Origin: an uncultured Verrucomicrobiae bacterium
Lineage (GTDB): Bacteria; Verrucomicrobiota; Verrucomicrobiia; Limisphaerales; JAFGQR01
Length of the DNA stretch: 64,000 bases
Reading direction: 5' to 3'
Assembly (NCBI GenBank): GCA_963788655.1
Contig: CAWBHS010000023.1
Span: forward strand, 19,053-83,052
Of this stretch, positions 24,516-34,959 are shown piece after piece (the first letter of the stretch is position 1; the number at the start of each line of letters is the position of its first letter). A program made the position numbers and the translations under genes. The notes beneath the pieces were generated by a model, which searched no databases, had not been told where the DNA came from, and saw only the letters and a list, made by a program, of their open reading frames with translations.

Positions 24516-25268
24516 GTGAAAGCAGTGATTCTCGCCGCCGGCAAAGGCACCCGCATGAAAGGGCTCACCAATGAGCTGCCCAAGCCCATGCTCAAGGTAC
24601 AGGGTAAACCCATTCTCGAGCACATCGTCACCGGCTTGATTCACGCCGGAATTACGGAGGTTTTCATCGTCACCGGTTACAAAGCCGAGGTCATCGAAGC
24701 CTACTTTCGGGACGGCCAATCGTGGGGCGCCACCATCCGTTATGGTCGGCAGGAAGTTCAGAATGGCACCGGCAAAGCTCCCGAGGTGGCCCAAGCGTTT
24801 GTCGGCACCGACCCGTTTCTGCTGACTTACGGAGACATCCTCGTCAAACGCCAAACCTACACGCAGATGCGCCGACGTTTCGAAGAAGATCAATTTGCCG
24901 GACTGGTCACCGTTACCGGCGGCGAAGATGTGACCAAGGGCGGGCTGGACTTTTTTGATGAGGCCTTTTGCCTGACCCGGTTGCTGGAAAAGCCCACGCC
25001 CGAACAATTGGAAGAAGTGCGCCGGCAAGGTCTCCTGAAACCCGGCCAGACCGTGTGGTACAACGCGGGGATTTATATGTTTCAACCGGTGGTTTTTGAT
25101 TACACCGCCAAAATTGAGAAGTCACCGCGCGGCGAATACGAACTGACCGACGCCCTCAATGCCATGGTCAACGACGGCCTGAAGATTGCCGGCATGCCCA
25201 TCGAAGGCCGGTGGGTAGATGTGCGCGATCCGGAAGTGCTGGCTTCGTTGGAAGCGGGCTCAGAATGA
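24516..25268 (+). CDS. Sugar-phosphate nucleotidyltransferase (NTP_transferase family)
   Basis: KAVILAAGKGTRM, LPKPML, LTYGD and SPRGEYELTDA motifs. Confidence 0.92.
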   Translation: MKAVILAAGKGTRMKGLTNELPKPMLKVQGKPILEHIVTGLIHAGITEVFIVTGYKAEVIEAYFRDGQSWGATIRYGRQEVQNGTGKAPEVAQAFVGTDPFLLTYGDILVKRQTYTQMRRRFEEDQFAGLVTVTGGEDVTKGGLDFFDEAFCLTRLLEKPTPEQLEEVRRQGLLKPGQTVWYNAGIYMFQPVVFDYTAKIEKSPRGEYELTDALNAMVNDGLKIAGMPIEGRWVDVRDPEVLASLEAGSE

Positions 25269-25405
25269 GTCTGGTGGCGCGCGGCGAGTATCCGGCGAGA
25301 CGACCGGCGAGGATAATCTGAAGACGCTGCGCCTGGTTTTTTCGGCATCCGAGTCGGCCAAGCGGGGCGAAGCCATCGATCTTTCACCCAGCGTACCTCA
25401 ATAAA

Positions 25406-26462
25406 TCAAAAGCGGCGGTCGGGTGGCTTGTTTGGAAGCGGCGAAGTCCACGCGGGCGGTGGTTTAGGTGGCTGGTAAGAGGGAGTCGGCAGGCTGGAAA
25501 AGCCGGTGACGCGCGACGAGCTGCGGTTCATTCCGCCCGGAGGAAAAAAGGAACTGGCCGCTGAATTCGGGGAGCGGGAACTTGCTGAAGGCACGGCAAA
25601 CCCGGATCTCCCGCCCGGAGAATCCATGCGGCTTCCGATAATTGGCTGCATGGATTGTCGTGACGTGTCAGGCGAGAGGTTGATTGGATCCTGCCCCCCC
25701 ATGGTCGCCGGGCTTGACAGGCTTGGTAAACCCGAACTGTCGCGGTTGAGGTTATTGCCGGTGGCGCCAGCCGGCACTCCCAACAGCTCCTGAAGCCGGC
25801 TGCGCGGTTGGCCGAAGCTTCCTTGAGCGGTGGCGGAAGGCAACGGCGCCAAGAGCTCATTCAAGGATATGTCCGAGGAGGCATGGGCATCCTGCCCTCC
25901 GTTACTGGCGGGATTTTCGCTTTCGTCGTAATAGTGGGTCGCAACCTGGGATTGACTGGCTGGTGACGACTTGGAATCACGAAGCGCAACATTGTCAAAT
26001 GTGGGATCGTTATTGCCGGAGTGTCTTTCAAGGTCTTTGGGGGTGTATTCGCGTACTCCAAAACTGGCTTTCACATTGGTCCTTGGGGTCTTTGGAGGTT
26101 TCAAAAAGCCAAAAGCGTCGCCGTCTTTCTTCTTCACGAAGCTGCCGCAAACGTCGCGGATCCTCTTTCGCCGAAGAAATGGAACTGGATTGCGCAGGGG
26201 GTTGGTATTGGGAACGGGAGTTGTCGCCCGAGGCGGCATTCTGCCGCTCCCGCAACCGTTGCTCGGTCGAATCCAAATTGGCGCTTTGCCTGGTGTCCAC
26301 GAACACGATCGGGGTTCCTGTCGGTATGGCCGGACGATAGGCCTGTCCCTGGGGGAAAATGATCGCGGTGCCGCCGACCGCCAGGGCGGCTGAAAAAGCC
26401 AACCCCAGAACGATTCCTGGCAGCAGATAGGTTCGTTTGCGAATGCTAAACAACAAATTCAT
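25406..26462 (-). CDS. Hypothetical exported Ser/Pro-rich protein (frameshift ~26075)
   Basis: Signal peptide in ORF 26028-26540 joins the low-complexity ORF ending at 25406. Confidence 0.55.
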
Positions 26463-26694
26463 GCTTGCGATTTCTAATCCCCAAACCGGCGTCAATTTAC
26501 GGACAAAACCACGACTACCGTCCGTTTGAAGACATCTCACAAATACTCAGAGGCATTTCCAGGACAAAATGTTCAAAACTCCAGGCGGCACATCTCTCCG
26601 GGCAACTCGATCTCATCCCAAAGTAAGAGGCGATTTTCTTGATTTCAGAAGTTGAAGTTGTGCGGGGGCTCAGTTAGCGTTTTCCTTTATTGCT

Positions 26695-28065
26695 ATGACC
26701 TTAACGGAAAAGATCCTGGCTCGGGCTTCCGGCAAAAACCGGGTGCAGGCTGGCGAAAATGTCTGGGTAAACGCTGATATTTTGATGACGCACGATGTTT
26801 GCGGACCCGGCACGATTGGCGTGTTTAAACGCGAATTTGGCAAGACCGCCAAAGTCTGGGACCGCAATAGGGTGGTTATCATTCCGGATCACTACATTTT
26901 CACGGCCGATTCGAAATCCAATCGGAACGTGGACATTTTGCGGGAATTCGTGGCTGAGCAGGATATCCCGTATTTCTACGATGTGATCGATGATCCGAAG
27001 GGCAAGTGGGTGTTTGATGCCGCCAAAGGCATGCTGAACCGCCAATACGGATCCCATTACGCGGGGGTCTGCCATACCGCGCTGCCTCAGAAGGGTCACA
27101 CGCGTCCGGGCGAAGTCTTGTTTGGAACCGATTCCCATACCTGCATGGCGGGGGCGTTCAATGAATTTGCCACGGGCATCGGCAACACCGACGCCGGTTT
27201 TGTCATGGGGACCGGCAAACTCTTGCTCAAGGTGCCGGAAACCATGCACTTCCGACTCGAAGGCCAACTCCAGCCCGGCGTCATGGCCAAGGATATTGTG
27301 CTGCATGTCATTGGCGAAATCGGTTTTGACGGAGCCACTTACCGCGCGATGCAATTTGATGGCCCCGGCGCAGCGAATCTCGCCATGGACGACCGCATGA
27401 CCATCGCCAACATGGCCATCGAAGCGGGGGGCAAGAATGGCATTTTTGAATTTGACGCGCAGACCAAGGCTTATGTGGATTACCGCTGCAAGTTGAACGG
27501 CACCAAAGCCACCTACGATCCGGTCGAGCACGATCCAGACGAGAAGTTTGTCTATGAACTGACGGTGGACCTTAGCAAGCTGGAACCGACCGTTGCCTGC
27601 CATCCGGATCCGGGACAGCGCAAACTGGCCAAAGAACTGCAAAACATTAAGTTGGACCGGGCCTATATCGGCTCCTGCACCGGCGGCAAGACCAGTGACT
27701 TTCTCGAATTTGCCGAAGTCCTCCGCGGCCGGCGAGTAGTGATTGACACGTTTGGTGTGCCCGCGACCCCGGAAATCGTTCATGACCTCCAGACCGCCCG
27801 TTGGGGGGACAAAACCATTTGGGAACTATTGGTGGAATCAGGGGTGCAGATGACTGAAAACGCCGGTTGTGCGGCGTGTTTGGGCGGGCCGGTGGACACC
27901 TTTGGCCGTATGAACGCTCCGTTGAAGTGCATCAGCGCCACGAACCGCAACTTTCCAGGCCGAATGGGGCACAAGGAATCCCAAGTCTTCCTGGCTTCGC
28001 CGGCCACCGTCGCGGCCAGTGCCCTCACCGGTCACATCACTGATCCGCGAGAATATTTGAGATGA
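26695..28065 (+). CDS. leuC: 3-isopropylmalate dehydratase large subunit (aconitase family)
   Basis: MTLTEKILA, GTDSHTC, YIGSCTGG, CAACLGG and TNRNFPGRMG motifs. Confidence 0.9.
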   Translation: MTLTEKILARASGKNRVQAGENVWVNADILMTHDVCGPGTIGVFKREFGKTAKVWDRNRVVIIPDHYIFTADSKSNRNVDILREFVAEQDIPYFYDVIDDPKGKWVFDAAKGMLNRQYGSHYAGVCHTALPQKGHTRPGEVLFGTDSHTCMAGAFNEFATGIGNTDAGFVMGTGKLLLKVPETMHFRLEGQLQPGVMAKDIVLHVIGEIGFDGATYRAMQFDGPGAANLAMDDRMTIANMAIEAGGKNGIFEFDAQTKAYVDYRCKLNGTKATYDPVEHDPDEKFVYELTVDLSKLEPTVACHPDPGQRKLAKELQNIKLDRAYIGSCTGGKTSDFLEFAEVLRGRRVVIDTFGVPATPEIVHDLQTARWGDKTIWELLVESGVQMTENAGCAACLGGPVDTFGRMNAPLKCISATNRNFPGRMGHKESQVFLASPATVAASALTGHITDPREYLR

Positions 28066-28129
28066 GGCTGGATGGGCAAATGCCAAGGAGTCCGCTGAAG
28101 AAACCAATGCACCATTCTCCCCAACCGAA

Positions 28130-30058
28130 ATGATGGATCAGGAACGAGTGGACAAGTGGTGCGCCAAGGGCGTCCTGGGTCTCGTTCTGGCGATTCTGAT
28201 TTACACGCCCTTGGCGACCGGCGCCGTCCGGCCTCAGGATTTCGTGGTGGTGGAATGGCTGACCGTGGCGCTGCTGGCCGTGTGGAGCGTCCGCTTCCTG
28301 GTAAATCCCAAGCACCGCCTGCTGTGGGCCCCGGTCTGCTGGGCGATTCTGCTATTTGTAATTTATGCGGTGGGACGCTCTACCCAGGCTGACATTGAAT
28401 TCATTGCCCGCCAGGAAATGATTCGCGTGCTGGTGTATGCGGTTTTGTTTTACGCGATCCTAACGAACCTGCACAAGCAAAGCGCCACCCAATTCGTGGC
28501 CATTACCTTGATTGTGTTGGCGGCGGGCATCTCGATGTATGCCATCGCGCAGTTCCTGACCGAATCGAATCACGTCTGGGGTTTCGTCCGCCCGGCGGGT
28601 TACGCCAAACGGGGATCGGGCACCTTCATCTCGCCCAACAGCTTGGCCGGTTATTTGGAAATGATTTTGCCGTTGGGATTGGCCTACACGCTTACCGGCC
28701 GCTTCGAACACGTGACCAAGGTAATCCTGGGCTACTGCTCCTTGATGATTTTCGGCGGCATCGCCGTGACCGTTTCCCGCGGAGGCTGGCTGGCGACGGG
28801 GCTGATGCTCATGGTGTTCTTTTTCTGGTTGATCCGGCAGCGCGGCTATCGTATGCAAGCGGTCTTGCTGCTCGTCACCCTGGTGATTATTGGAGCGGTT
28901 TTCTTCTACAAAGCCAGCTTGTCCAAGAACCGCAACGACAGTCTCTCCGTGGCCGTGCAGATGGAGGACATTCGCTTCAAGCTGTGGGCTCCGGCGATGG
29001 CAATGTGGCACGACCATTTTTGGTGGGGTGTCGGGCCCGCGCACTTCGATTATCGCTTTCGAGAATACCGTCCCGCGGACGATCAACTCCAGATCCGTCC
29101 CGACCGGGTCCATAACGATTATTTGAACACGCTGGTGGATTGGGGCCTGGTCGGCGGCGTGCTGGTGGCAGCCATTTGGATCATTTTCTATTGGGAAGTG
29201 TTTCGAAGCTGGAAATATGTGCAGCGAGCCCCCAACGACCTGACCACCAAGCGGAGCAACAAGACCTCGCTGGTGATGGGCGCTTCCCTGGGATTATTGG
29301 CCATTTTGTTCCATTCGATTGTCGATTTCAACATGCATATTCCCGCGAATGCCCTGGTGGTAGTGACGTTGATGGCGCTGGTTACCGGACATTTCCGGTT
29401 TGCGACGGAGCGGTATTGGATCACGGTGCATTGGCCGTTGCGCATCCTGGTGCTGCTGATTCTGTGGGGGACTGGGGGCTACCTTGGCTGGCAAGCTTGG
29501 CAACGCACGCGGGAAGTCTATTGGCTCGAAAAAGCCGAGGCGTCCGCGGTAAATCCTCCGGCACAAATTCAGGATTTGGAACGAGCCTTTGCCGTCGAGC
29601 CCAAGAACTTCAACACGGCTTACCAAATCGGAGAAAGCTATCGCCGGCAAAGCTGGGAGGGCCATGAGGACTACCGCGAACTCGCCCAGCAAGCGCTGCC
29701 ATGGTACCAACGCGGGACGGAACTCAATCCTTACGATCCCTATAATTTCCTACGCTATGGCATGTGTTTGGATTGGCTGGGCGAACATGAAAAAGCTGCT
29801 TCCTATTTCCAGTCCGCCCGGAAACTTGATCCCAACAACTACTATATTCTCGCCAACGTCGGCTGGCATTATGTGCAGGTGGCGGAAGCTGCCGACGGCG
29901 ATCCGGATGAAAAACGGATCGAATACCAGAAAGCCAAAACCCTTTTTGACCAATCGCTGCGGTTGAAATGGTCCACCAACAATGTCATCGCCCATGCCTA
30001 TCTGCGCATCGCGTCGCAGAAGTTGCAGGACCTGAATCGAGGGAGAGTCAACCGCTAA
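28130..30058 (+). CDS. O-antigen ligase (Wzy_C) family membrane protein with C-terminal TPR repeats
   Basis: Multiple TM helices, GTFISPNSLAG, TVSRGGW, GVGP and VHNDYL motifs; TPR-like tail. Confidence 0.88.
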   Translation: MMDQERVDKWCAKGVLGLVLAILIYTPLATGAVRPQDFVVVEWLTVALLAVWSVRFLVNPKHRLLWAPVCWAILLFVIYAVGRSTQADIEFIARQEMIRVLVYAVLFYAILTNLHKQSATQFVAITLIVLAAGISMYAIAQFLTESNHVWGFVRPAGYAKRGSGTFISPNSLAGYLEMILPLGLAYTLTGRFEHVTKVILGYCSLMIFGGIAVTVSRGGWLATGLMLMVFFFWLIRQRGYRMQAVLLLVTLVIIGAVFFYKASLSKNRNDSLSVAVQMEDIRFKLWAPAMAMWHDHFWWGVGPAHFDYRFREYRPADDQLQIRPDRVHNDYLNTLVDWGLVGGVLVAAIWIIFYWEVFRSWKYVQRAPNDLTTKRSNKTSLVMGASLGLLAILFHSIVDFNMHIPANALVVVTLMALVTGHFRFATERYWITVHWPLRILVLLILWGTGGYLGWQAWQRTREVYWLEKAEASAVNPPAQIQDLERAFAVEPKNFNTAYQIGESYRRQSWEGHEDYRELAQQALPWYQRGTELNPYDPYNFLRYGMCLDWLGEHEKAASYFQSARKLDPNNYYILANVGWHYVQVAEAADGDPDEKRIEYQKAKTLFDQSLRLKWSTNNVIAHAYLRIASQKLQDLNRGRVNR

Positions 30059-30141
30059 GATTGGCGAAACAGGAACGAGAGGCAGCGTTTATGCTGTCAC
30101 TAATTCGGAAATTGAAAATGTGCAAAGTTGTGAATATTCAA

Positions 30142-30169
30142 TTGACAAGACCGGTCAGTTTCCTAGATT
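30142..30169 (+). promoter_or_regulatory. Putative sigma70 promoter for the FecR-domain gene
   Basis: TTGACA-16 bp-TAGATT upstream of the ATG at 30214. Confidence 0.45.
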
Positions 30170-30213
30170 TCGCTGATTGTGTTGGTTACGAACGTGGATC
30201 GGAGAGAACATTT

Positions 30214-30993
30214 ATGAAATTAGCAAAACGCTTTACGCAACAACTGGTGACCTTGAGTGTCCCAATTCTGGCCATTGTTTTGGCCACGACCCTTAATGCC
30301 CAAACGCAACCTGGCAAAGCCAAAGTTCAGGCTATAGCCGGATCCGCAGTCTTTTCGGTCGGCGGTGGCCCTGCGGTGCCCTTGAAAGTTGGCACCATCC
30401 TTGATCAGGGTGCCACCATCAGGACCGCCAAAGATTCGACGGTTGATCTGTTCCTCGGTCGCAGCGCGGGCGTGGTGCGCGTCGTCGAGAACACCACCCT
30501 GTCTTTGGATAAACTGGCCTTGATCGACACCGGAGCGGATACGGTGGTGGACATTCAACTCAATCTGCCGGAAGGCACCATGCTGTTTAATGTCGAGAAG
30601 CTATCGGCGGCATCGAAGTACGAGATTAAAATCCCCAACGGCGTGGCCGGGATACGCGGCACCAAAGGCCGGATCAATTCGGCCGCGTTCATCGTCCTCC
30701 GGGAAGGCCGCTTCGTATTTGTTTATGTGCCGCCGGGTGGTGGCCAACCGCGTCCTTATACCTTGGTGGCTCCGCCCGTGGTGTATTTTACCCCCGTCGA
30801 AGGCGTGAAACCGGCCCCGCCCGAATTGGTCCGGGAAATAAACAATCAATTCGAAGGCTTGGGCACGGGCAAACCAGAGCACGCAGTGAGGCCTCCTCAT
30901 GGGAGAGCGGTGGAAAACAAGGTAATTGGGAACGCTCGCAGCCCGCAAGACCAAGAGATAGAACCGGTTGTATCCCCCACTAATCCCAATTAA
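30214..30993 (+). CDS. Exported FecR-domain protein
   Basis: Signal peptide; IRTAKDSTVDL and YEIKIPNGVAGIRGT FecR motifs. Confidence 0.85.
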   Translation: MKLAKRFTQQLVTLSVPILAIVLATTLNAQTQPGKAKVQAIAGSAVFSVGGGPAVPLKVGTILDQGATIRTAKDSTVDLFLGRSAGVVRVVENTTLSLDKLALIDTGADTVVDIQLNLPEGTMLFNVEKLSAASKYEIKIPNGVAGIRGTKGRINSAAFIVLREGRFVFVYVPPGGGQPRPYTLVAPPVVYFTPVEGVKPAPPELVREINNQFEGLGTGKPEHAVRPPHGRAVENKVIGNARSPQDQEIEPVVSPTNPN

Positions 30994-31028
30994 AGTTGGA
31001 CTAGGACCACCGGCTCAATTAATTGAAC

Positions 31029-31067
31029 GGCCCGAAGCATGCTGAAGCAGCTTCGGGCCTTTTGTTT
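31029..31067 (+). terminator. Putative intrinsic terminator between the FecR and cyclase genes
   Basis: ggcccgaagc...gcttcgggcc hairpin followed by ttttgttt. Confidence 0.6.
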
Positions 31068-31077
31068 AACCCTCTAC

Positions 31078-33199
31078 ATGAAGCTTGAACCGCCCAGATT
31101 GATCCCCAGCCTCATCTGCCTGGGGATCATCGGCGCGGGTCTGCTGTTGCAAGCGTTGCCGCATTGGGCGCCTGGTTTTGACCTGTTCCGGCGCTTGGAG
31201 TGGATCACTTACGACTGGCGGATGAAGCAGGCCTGTGCGCATTCATCGGCGGAAGCGACTTCCCTGGGCGCGGTCTTGATCGACGAAGAGAGCCTGACTT
31301 ACATCAACAGGCAACTCGGCTTTCAATGGCCCTGGCCACGGCAATATTACGGGCGGCTGGTCAAACTGTTGAAGGGACAAGGCGCCCAGGCCATCGGGTT
31401 CGACATTCTCTTCAGCGAACTGCATCCTCCGAATCCCCAGGCCAGTTACAAGCGTCCAGATGGCACGCTGGTTGATTCGGACGAATACTTTGCTCAGCAG
31501 TTGCAGGCCGCCGGAAACGTCACGCTGGGAGTCATGAGCGAGACCTCCGGCGATCACTGGGTACCCCTCATGCCGGCGGATGTTTTTCGCACCAACGCCT
31601 GGAGCGTGGGACACATCAGCAGCGAGAAAGACTCCGACGGTGTGCTGCGGCGGGTCCAAGGCGTTCCATGACGATCCACGATACGGTCGCATCTGGCATC
31701 TGGGCATTGTGATGGCAGCCCGGGCCTTGGGCGTGGATTTGTCCCAAGCTCAGGTGGAACCGAACCGGATCGTCTTGCGCGGCACCAATGGTCGCGAACG
31801 GATCATTCCCATGGACGACGAGGGCTACTTGCTGATCAATTGGCAACTGACCTGGAACGACAAACGCATTACCCGGAGTTCCTTTGCCGAAATGGCGGGC
31901 CTGAAGCCCGGGGCGGGCCAGCCACTCGACTGGCATCAGAAATTGGTGTTCGTAGGTTCCATCCTGGCCGGCAATAACGTGGGCGACGTGGGCCCCACTT
32001 CACTCAGCAAAGAAACCTACCTGGTCAGCACCCACTGGAATGTGGCCCAGTCGATCCTCACTGGACAATTTGTCCATCCGCCACCTGCATGGTTGGCGTA
32101 TGCCCTTATCATTGGCCTTGGCTTGTTCTCTGCGTTGGTCACCTGGAGCTTGCGGCCTCCATGGTCCACGGCCGTGGTCGTGCTGAGCGTGCTGGCCGTC
32201 GGCGCTCTGTCTGCGTGGTTGTTTGTCGAATTCCGGTTTTGGCTGCCGTTGGTCGTACCGCTGGGGATGGCCTTGGGGATGAACCACGTCGGACTGGTCA
32301 CGTACCAGGTAACATTTGAGCGCCAGGAAAGACGCCGGGTGAAAAATGTCTTCACGAAATTGGTTTCCCCCAACGTCGTCAATGAATTGTTGAAAGCCAA
32401 GGCCATTAATCTCGGCGGTTCCCGCCGCCAAATCACGGTGATGTTTGCCGACGTTCGCGGATTCACCGAATTCACCGACGACATCCAGGCCAACGCTGAG
32501 TTATACGTATATCAGCACAACCTGACGGGAGCAGCCGCGGAGGCCTATTTCAACGAGCAAGCCCAGTTGACGCTGGACACCGTCAATCCCTACATGTCGC
32601 TGATTGCCGACCAGGTGAAGACGCATAACGGCACCCTGGACAAATACATTGGCGACTGCGTCATGGCGTACTGGGGCATGCCGACGCCCAATGAGCAACA
32701 TGCGCTGTGGTGCGTGCGGGCGGCGATTGCGTCCCATCGGGCCATTCACGAGTTTAACCTCCAACGCCGCCGCGAGAACCAGCAACGTGAACTGGAAAAC
32801 GCGGCCCGCATCGCCGCCGGGCTGCCCCCGTTGTTGCCGCACCCGCTGTTGGCGCTCGGCACCGGCATCAACACCGGCGTGGTCATCGTGGGATTGATGG
32901 GTTCCGACGCGCACATCTTGAACTACACGGTTTTCGGCCGCGATGTGAATTTGGCCAGCCGACTCGAGGGCGTCTCCGGTCGCAGCCGGATTGTGGTGGG
33001 GGAAATGACCTACCGCGACTTGCTGCGCGATGATCCCGCACTGGCCCAAACCTGCCGCCAACTTGAGCCCGTCATCCTGAAGGGCATTCGCGGCCGCGTG
33101 AAACTCTACGAAGTGCCTTGGCAGATCGGTTTTGAAGTCTCCTTCGATGCCGAAATGACCTGTTCCCAAGTCAGCGCTTCACTTCCCGAAACGGGGTAG
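31078..33199 (+). CDS. CHASE2-domain class III adenylate cyclase (frameshift ~31658)
   Basis: WPWPR, IGFDILF and DSDGVLRR CHASE2 motifs; three TM helices; FADVRGFT, DKYIGD and YTVFGRDVNLASRLE cyclase motifs. Confidence 0.9.
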
Positions 33200-33225
33200 C
33201 CCGCATTCCCCACCCCGATCTGGGG

Positions 33226-34689
33226 TTACGCCGGCGCCTGGACGGGGTTGCCAGCCGAGGCGTTCATATCTTCCTTGCGTTGGCGCAGGCTGCGGAAGAA
33301 TTCCCAACCCTCCCGGCAGCGGCGCACGAACACATCCTTGTCCTCGAGCATGGTGCGGATGATGCGCAAGATCGGTTTGGGACGCAGGTAATAGGCGCGA
33401 TAAAAACGGTCCACGGCTTCGAAGATTTCCTCTTTGCTCAAGTCCGGATACTCCAGCGAGGAATGCTGAAAACCGTCTTGATAAATAATGTCCGTCTTGT
33501 CTTTCTTGGAAAACCAGCCGTTGAGGCGGGCCTGTTCGTACAACTCGGTACCCGGATACGGGGCGGCCAGCGAAACTTGAATGCTGAACACGTCCAGTTC
33601 CTGGGCAAAACGGATCGTCTGCTCGACCGTCTCCTTGGTTTCCACCGGCAGGCCCAGCACGAACGTGCCGTGAATGACCACGCCCGCCTGGCGGCATGCC
33701 CGCGTGAAACGCCGCATTTCCTCGAGCGTGACGCCCTTCTTGATGTTGTTCAGGATTTGGGCGTTACCACTCTCGTAACCGACCAGAAACAACCGCAGAC
33801 CGCAGTCTTTGAAAGACTTGATCGTGTCATAATCCAGATTGGCGCGGCTGTTGCACGACCACGTCAGCCCCAGGGGCGCAAGGCGTTTGGCAATTTCGCG
33901 AGCGCGCGGCAGATTGGCCGTGAAGGTGTCATCATCGAAGAAGAATTCTTTTACGCGCGGGAAGAGCTGCTTCATGTACGCCATCTCGTCAGCCACGTTT
34001 TGCGGAGAACGCACGCGGTAACGGTGGCCACCGATCGTCTGCGGCCACAGGCAAAACGTACATTGAGCCGGACAACCGCGGCCGGTGTACATGCTGACGT
34101 AGGGGTGCAACAGGTAACCGATGAAATACTTCTCGATGTCGAGGTCGCGTTTGTAAGTATCCGCCACCCACGGCAACCGATCCATGTCGGTGATCAATTC
34201 CCGCTCGGGATTGTGAACGATCTTGCCGTCTTGATTGCGGTACGAAAGCCCGGCGACGCTTTCCAGGGACCGGCCTTCGGCCACTTCCTTGCAGGTAAAA
34301 TCAAATTCCTTGCGGCCCACCCAGTCAATGGCTTGCGAGGCCTTGAGGGTTTCGGTGGGCAATACCGCGGCGTGTGCCCCGACAAATCCGATGGTCGTGT
34401 CCGGCTTCTGCTGCTTGATGGCTTCGGCCACCTTGCAGTCATTACGCAACGAGGGGGTGGACGTGTGAATGACGACGTGCTCGTAGGCTTTCGCCTCGGC
34501 CAGGCACTGGTTGATGTCAATGTCGTGTGGCGGACAATCCATCAGCCGGCTGTCCGGCACGAGCGCCGCCGGTTGCGCCAACCAGGTGGGATACCAGTAA
34601 CTGGTGACCTCGCGGCGGGCTTGGTAACGGGAACCGGCGCCGCCGTCGAAGCCGTCGTAGGAAGGGGGCGAAAGAAACAGGGTTTTCAT
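33226..34689 (-). CDS. hpnJ: Hopanoid biosynthesis-associated radical SAM protein HpnJ
   Basis: KTLFLSPPSYDGFDGGAGSRYQARRE...WYPTWLAQPAALV N-terminus; GRGCPAQCTFC. Confidence 0.92.
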   Translation of the reverse strand: MKTLFLSPPSYDGFDGGAGSRYQARREVTSYWYPTWLAQPAALVPDSRLMDCPPHDIDINQCLAEAKAYEHVVIHTSTPSLRNDCKVAEAIKQQKPDTTIGFVGAHAAVLPTETLKASQAIDWVGRKEFDFTCKEVAEGRSLESVAGLSYRNQDGKIVHNPERELITDMDRLPWVADTYKRDLDIEKYFIGYLLHPYVSMYTGRGCPAQCTFCLWPQTIGGHRYRVRSPQNVADEMAYMKQLFPRVKEFFFDDDTFTANLPRAREIAKRLAPLGLTWSCNSRANLDYDTIKSFKDCGLRLFLVGYESGNAQILNNIKKGVTLEEMRRFTRACRQAGVVIHGTFVLGLPVETKETVEQTIRFAQELDVFSIQVSLAAPYPGTELYEQARLNGWFSKKDKTDIIYQDGFQHSSLEYPDLSKEEIFEAVDRFYRAYYLRPKPILRIIRTMLEDKDVFVRRCREGWEFFRSLRQRKEDMNASAGNPVQAPA

Positions 34690-34702
34690 AGTGGTCAGGG
34701 AT

Positions 34703-34951
34703 TCAATTGCCGATGGTGGGCAGCCGCCCAAACGGGGTAATCAGGTTGACAATGATGCACAGGAGCGATGCCGTCAAGCCCGCGCCCGCGCCCGCGAGTG
34801 GCGCCAGGGAATTCCACCGTTGCGCCAACAACACATAAACGGCGGTGGCCAACAGGATGCCGGTGCAAACCGTCACGGCGGTCAACTTCAGCCACGGTGC
34901 CCAACATATCACCCGCCGTCCGTTGCGTTTGCCCACGAGGGTAATGTGCAT
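34703..34951 (-). CDS. Small two-TM membrane protein in the hpn operon
   Basis: 82-aa ORF tightly spaced between hpnH and hpnJ with two hydrophobic helices. Confidence 0.65.
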   Translation of the reverse strand: MHITLVGKRNGRRVICWAPWLKLTAVTVCTGILLATAVYVLLAQRWNSLAPLAGAGAGLTASLLCIIVNLITPFGRLPTIGN

Positions 34952-34959
34952 GAAACCGC

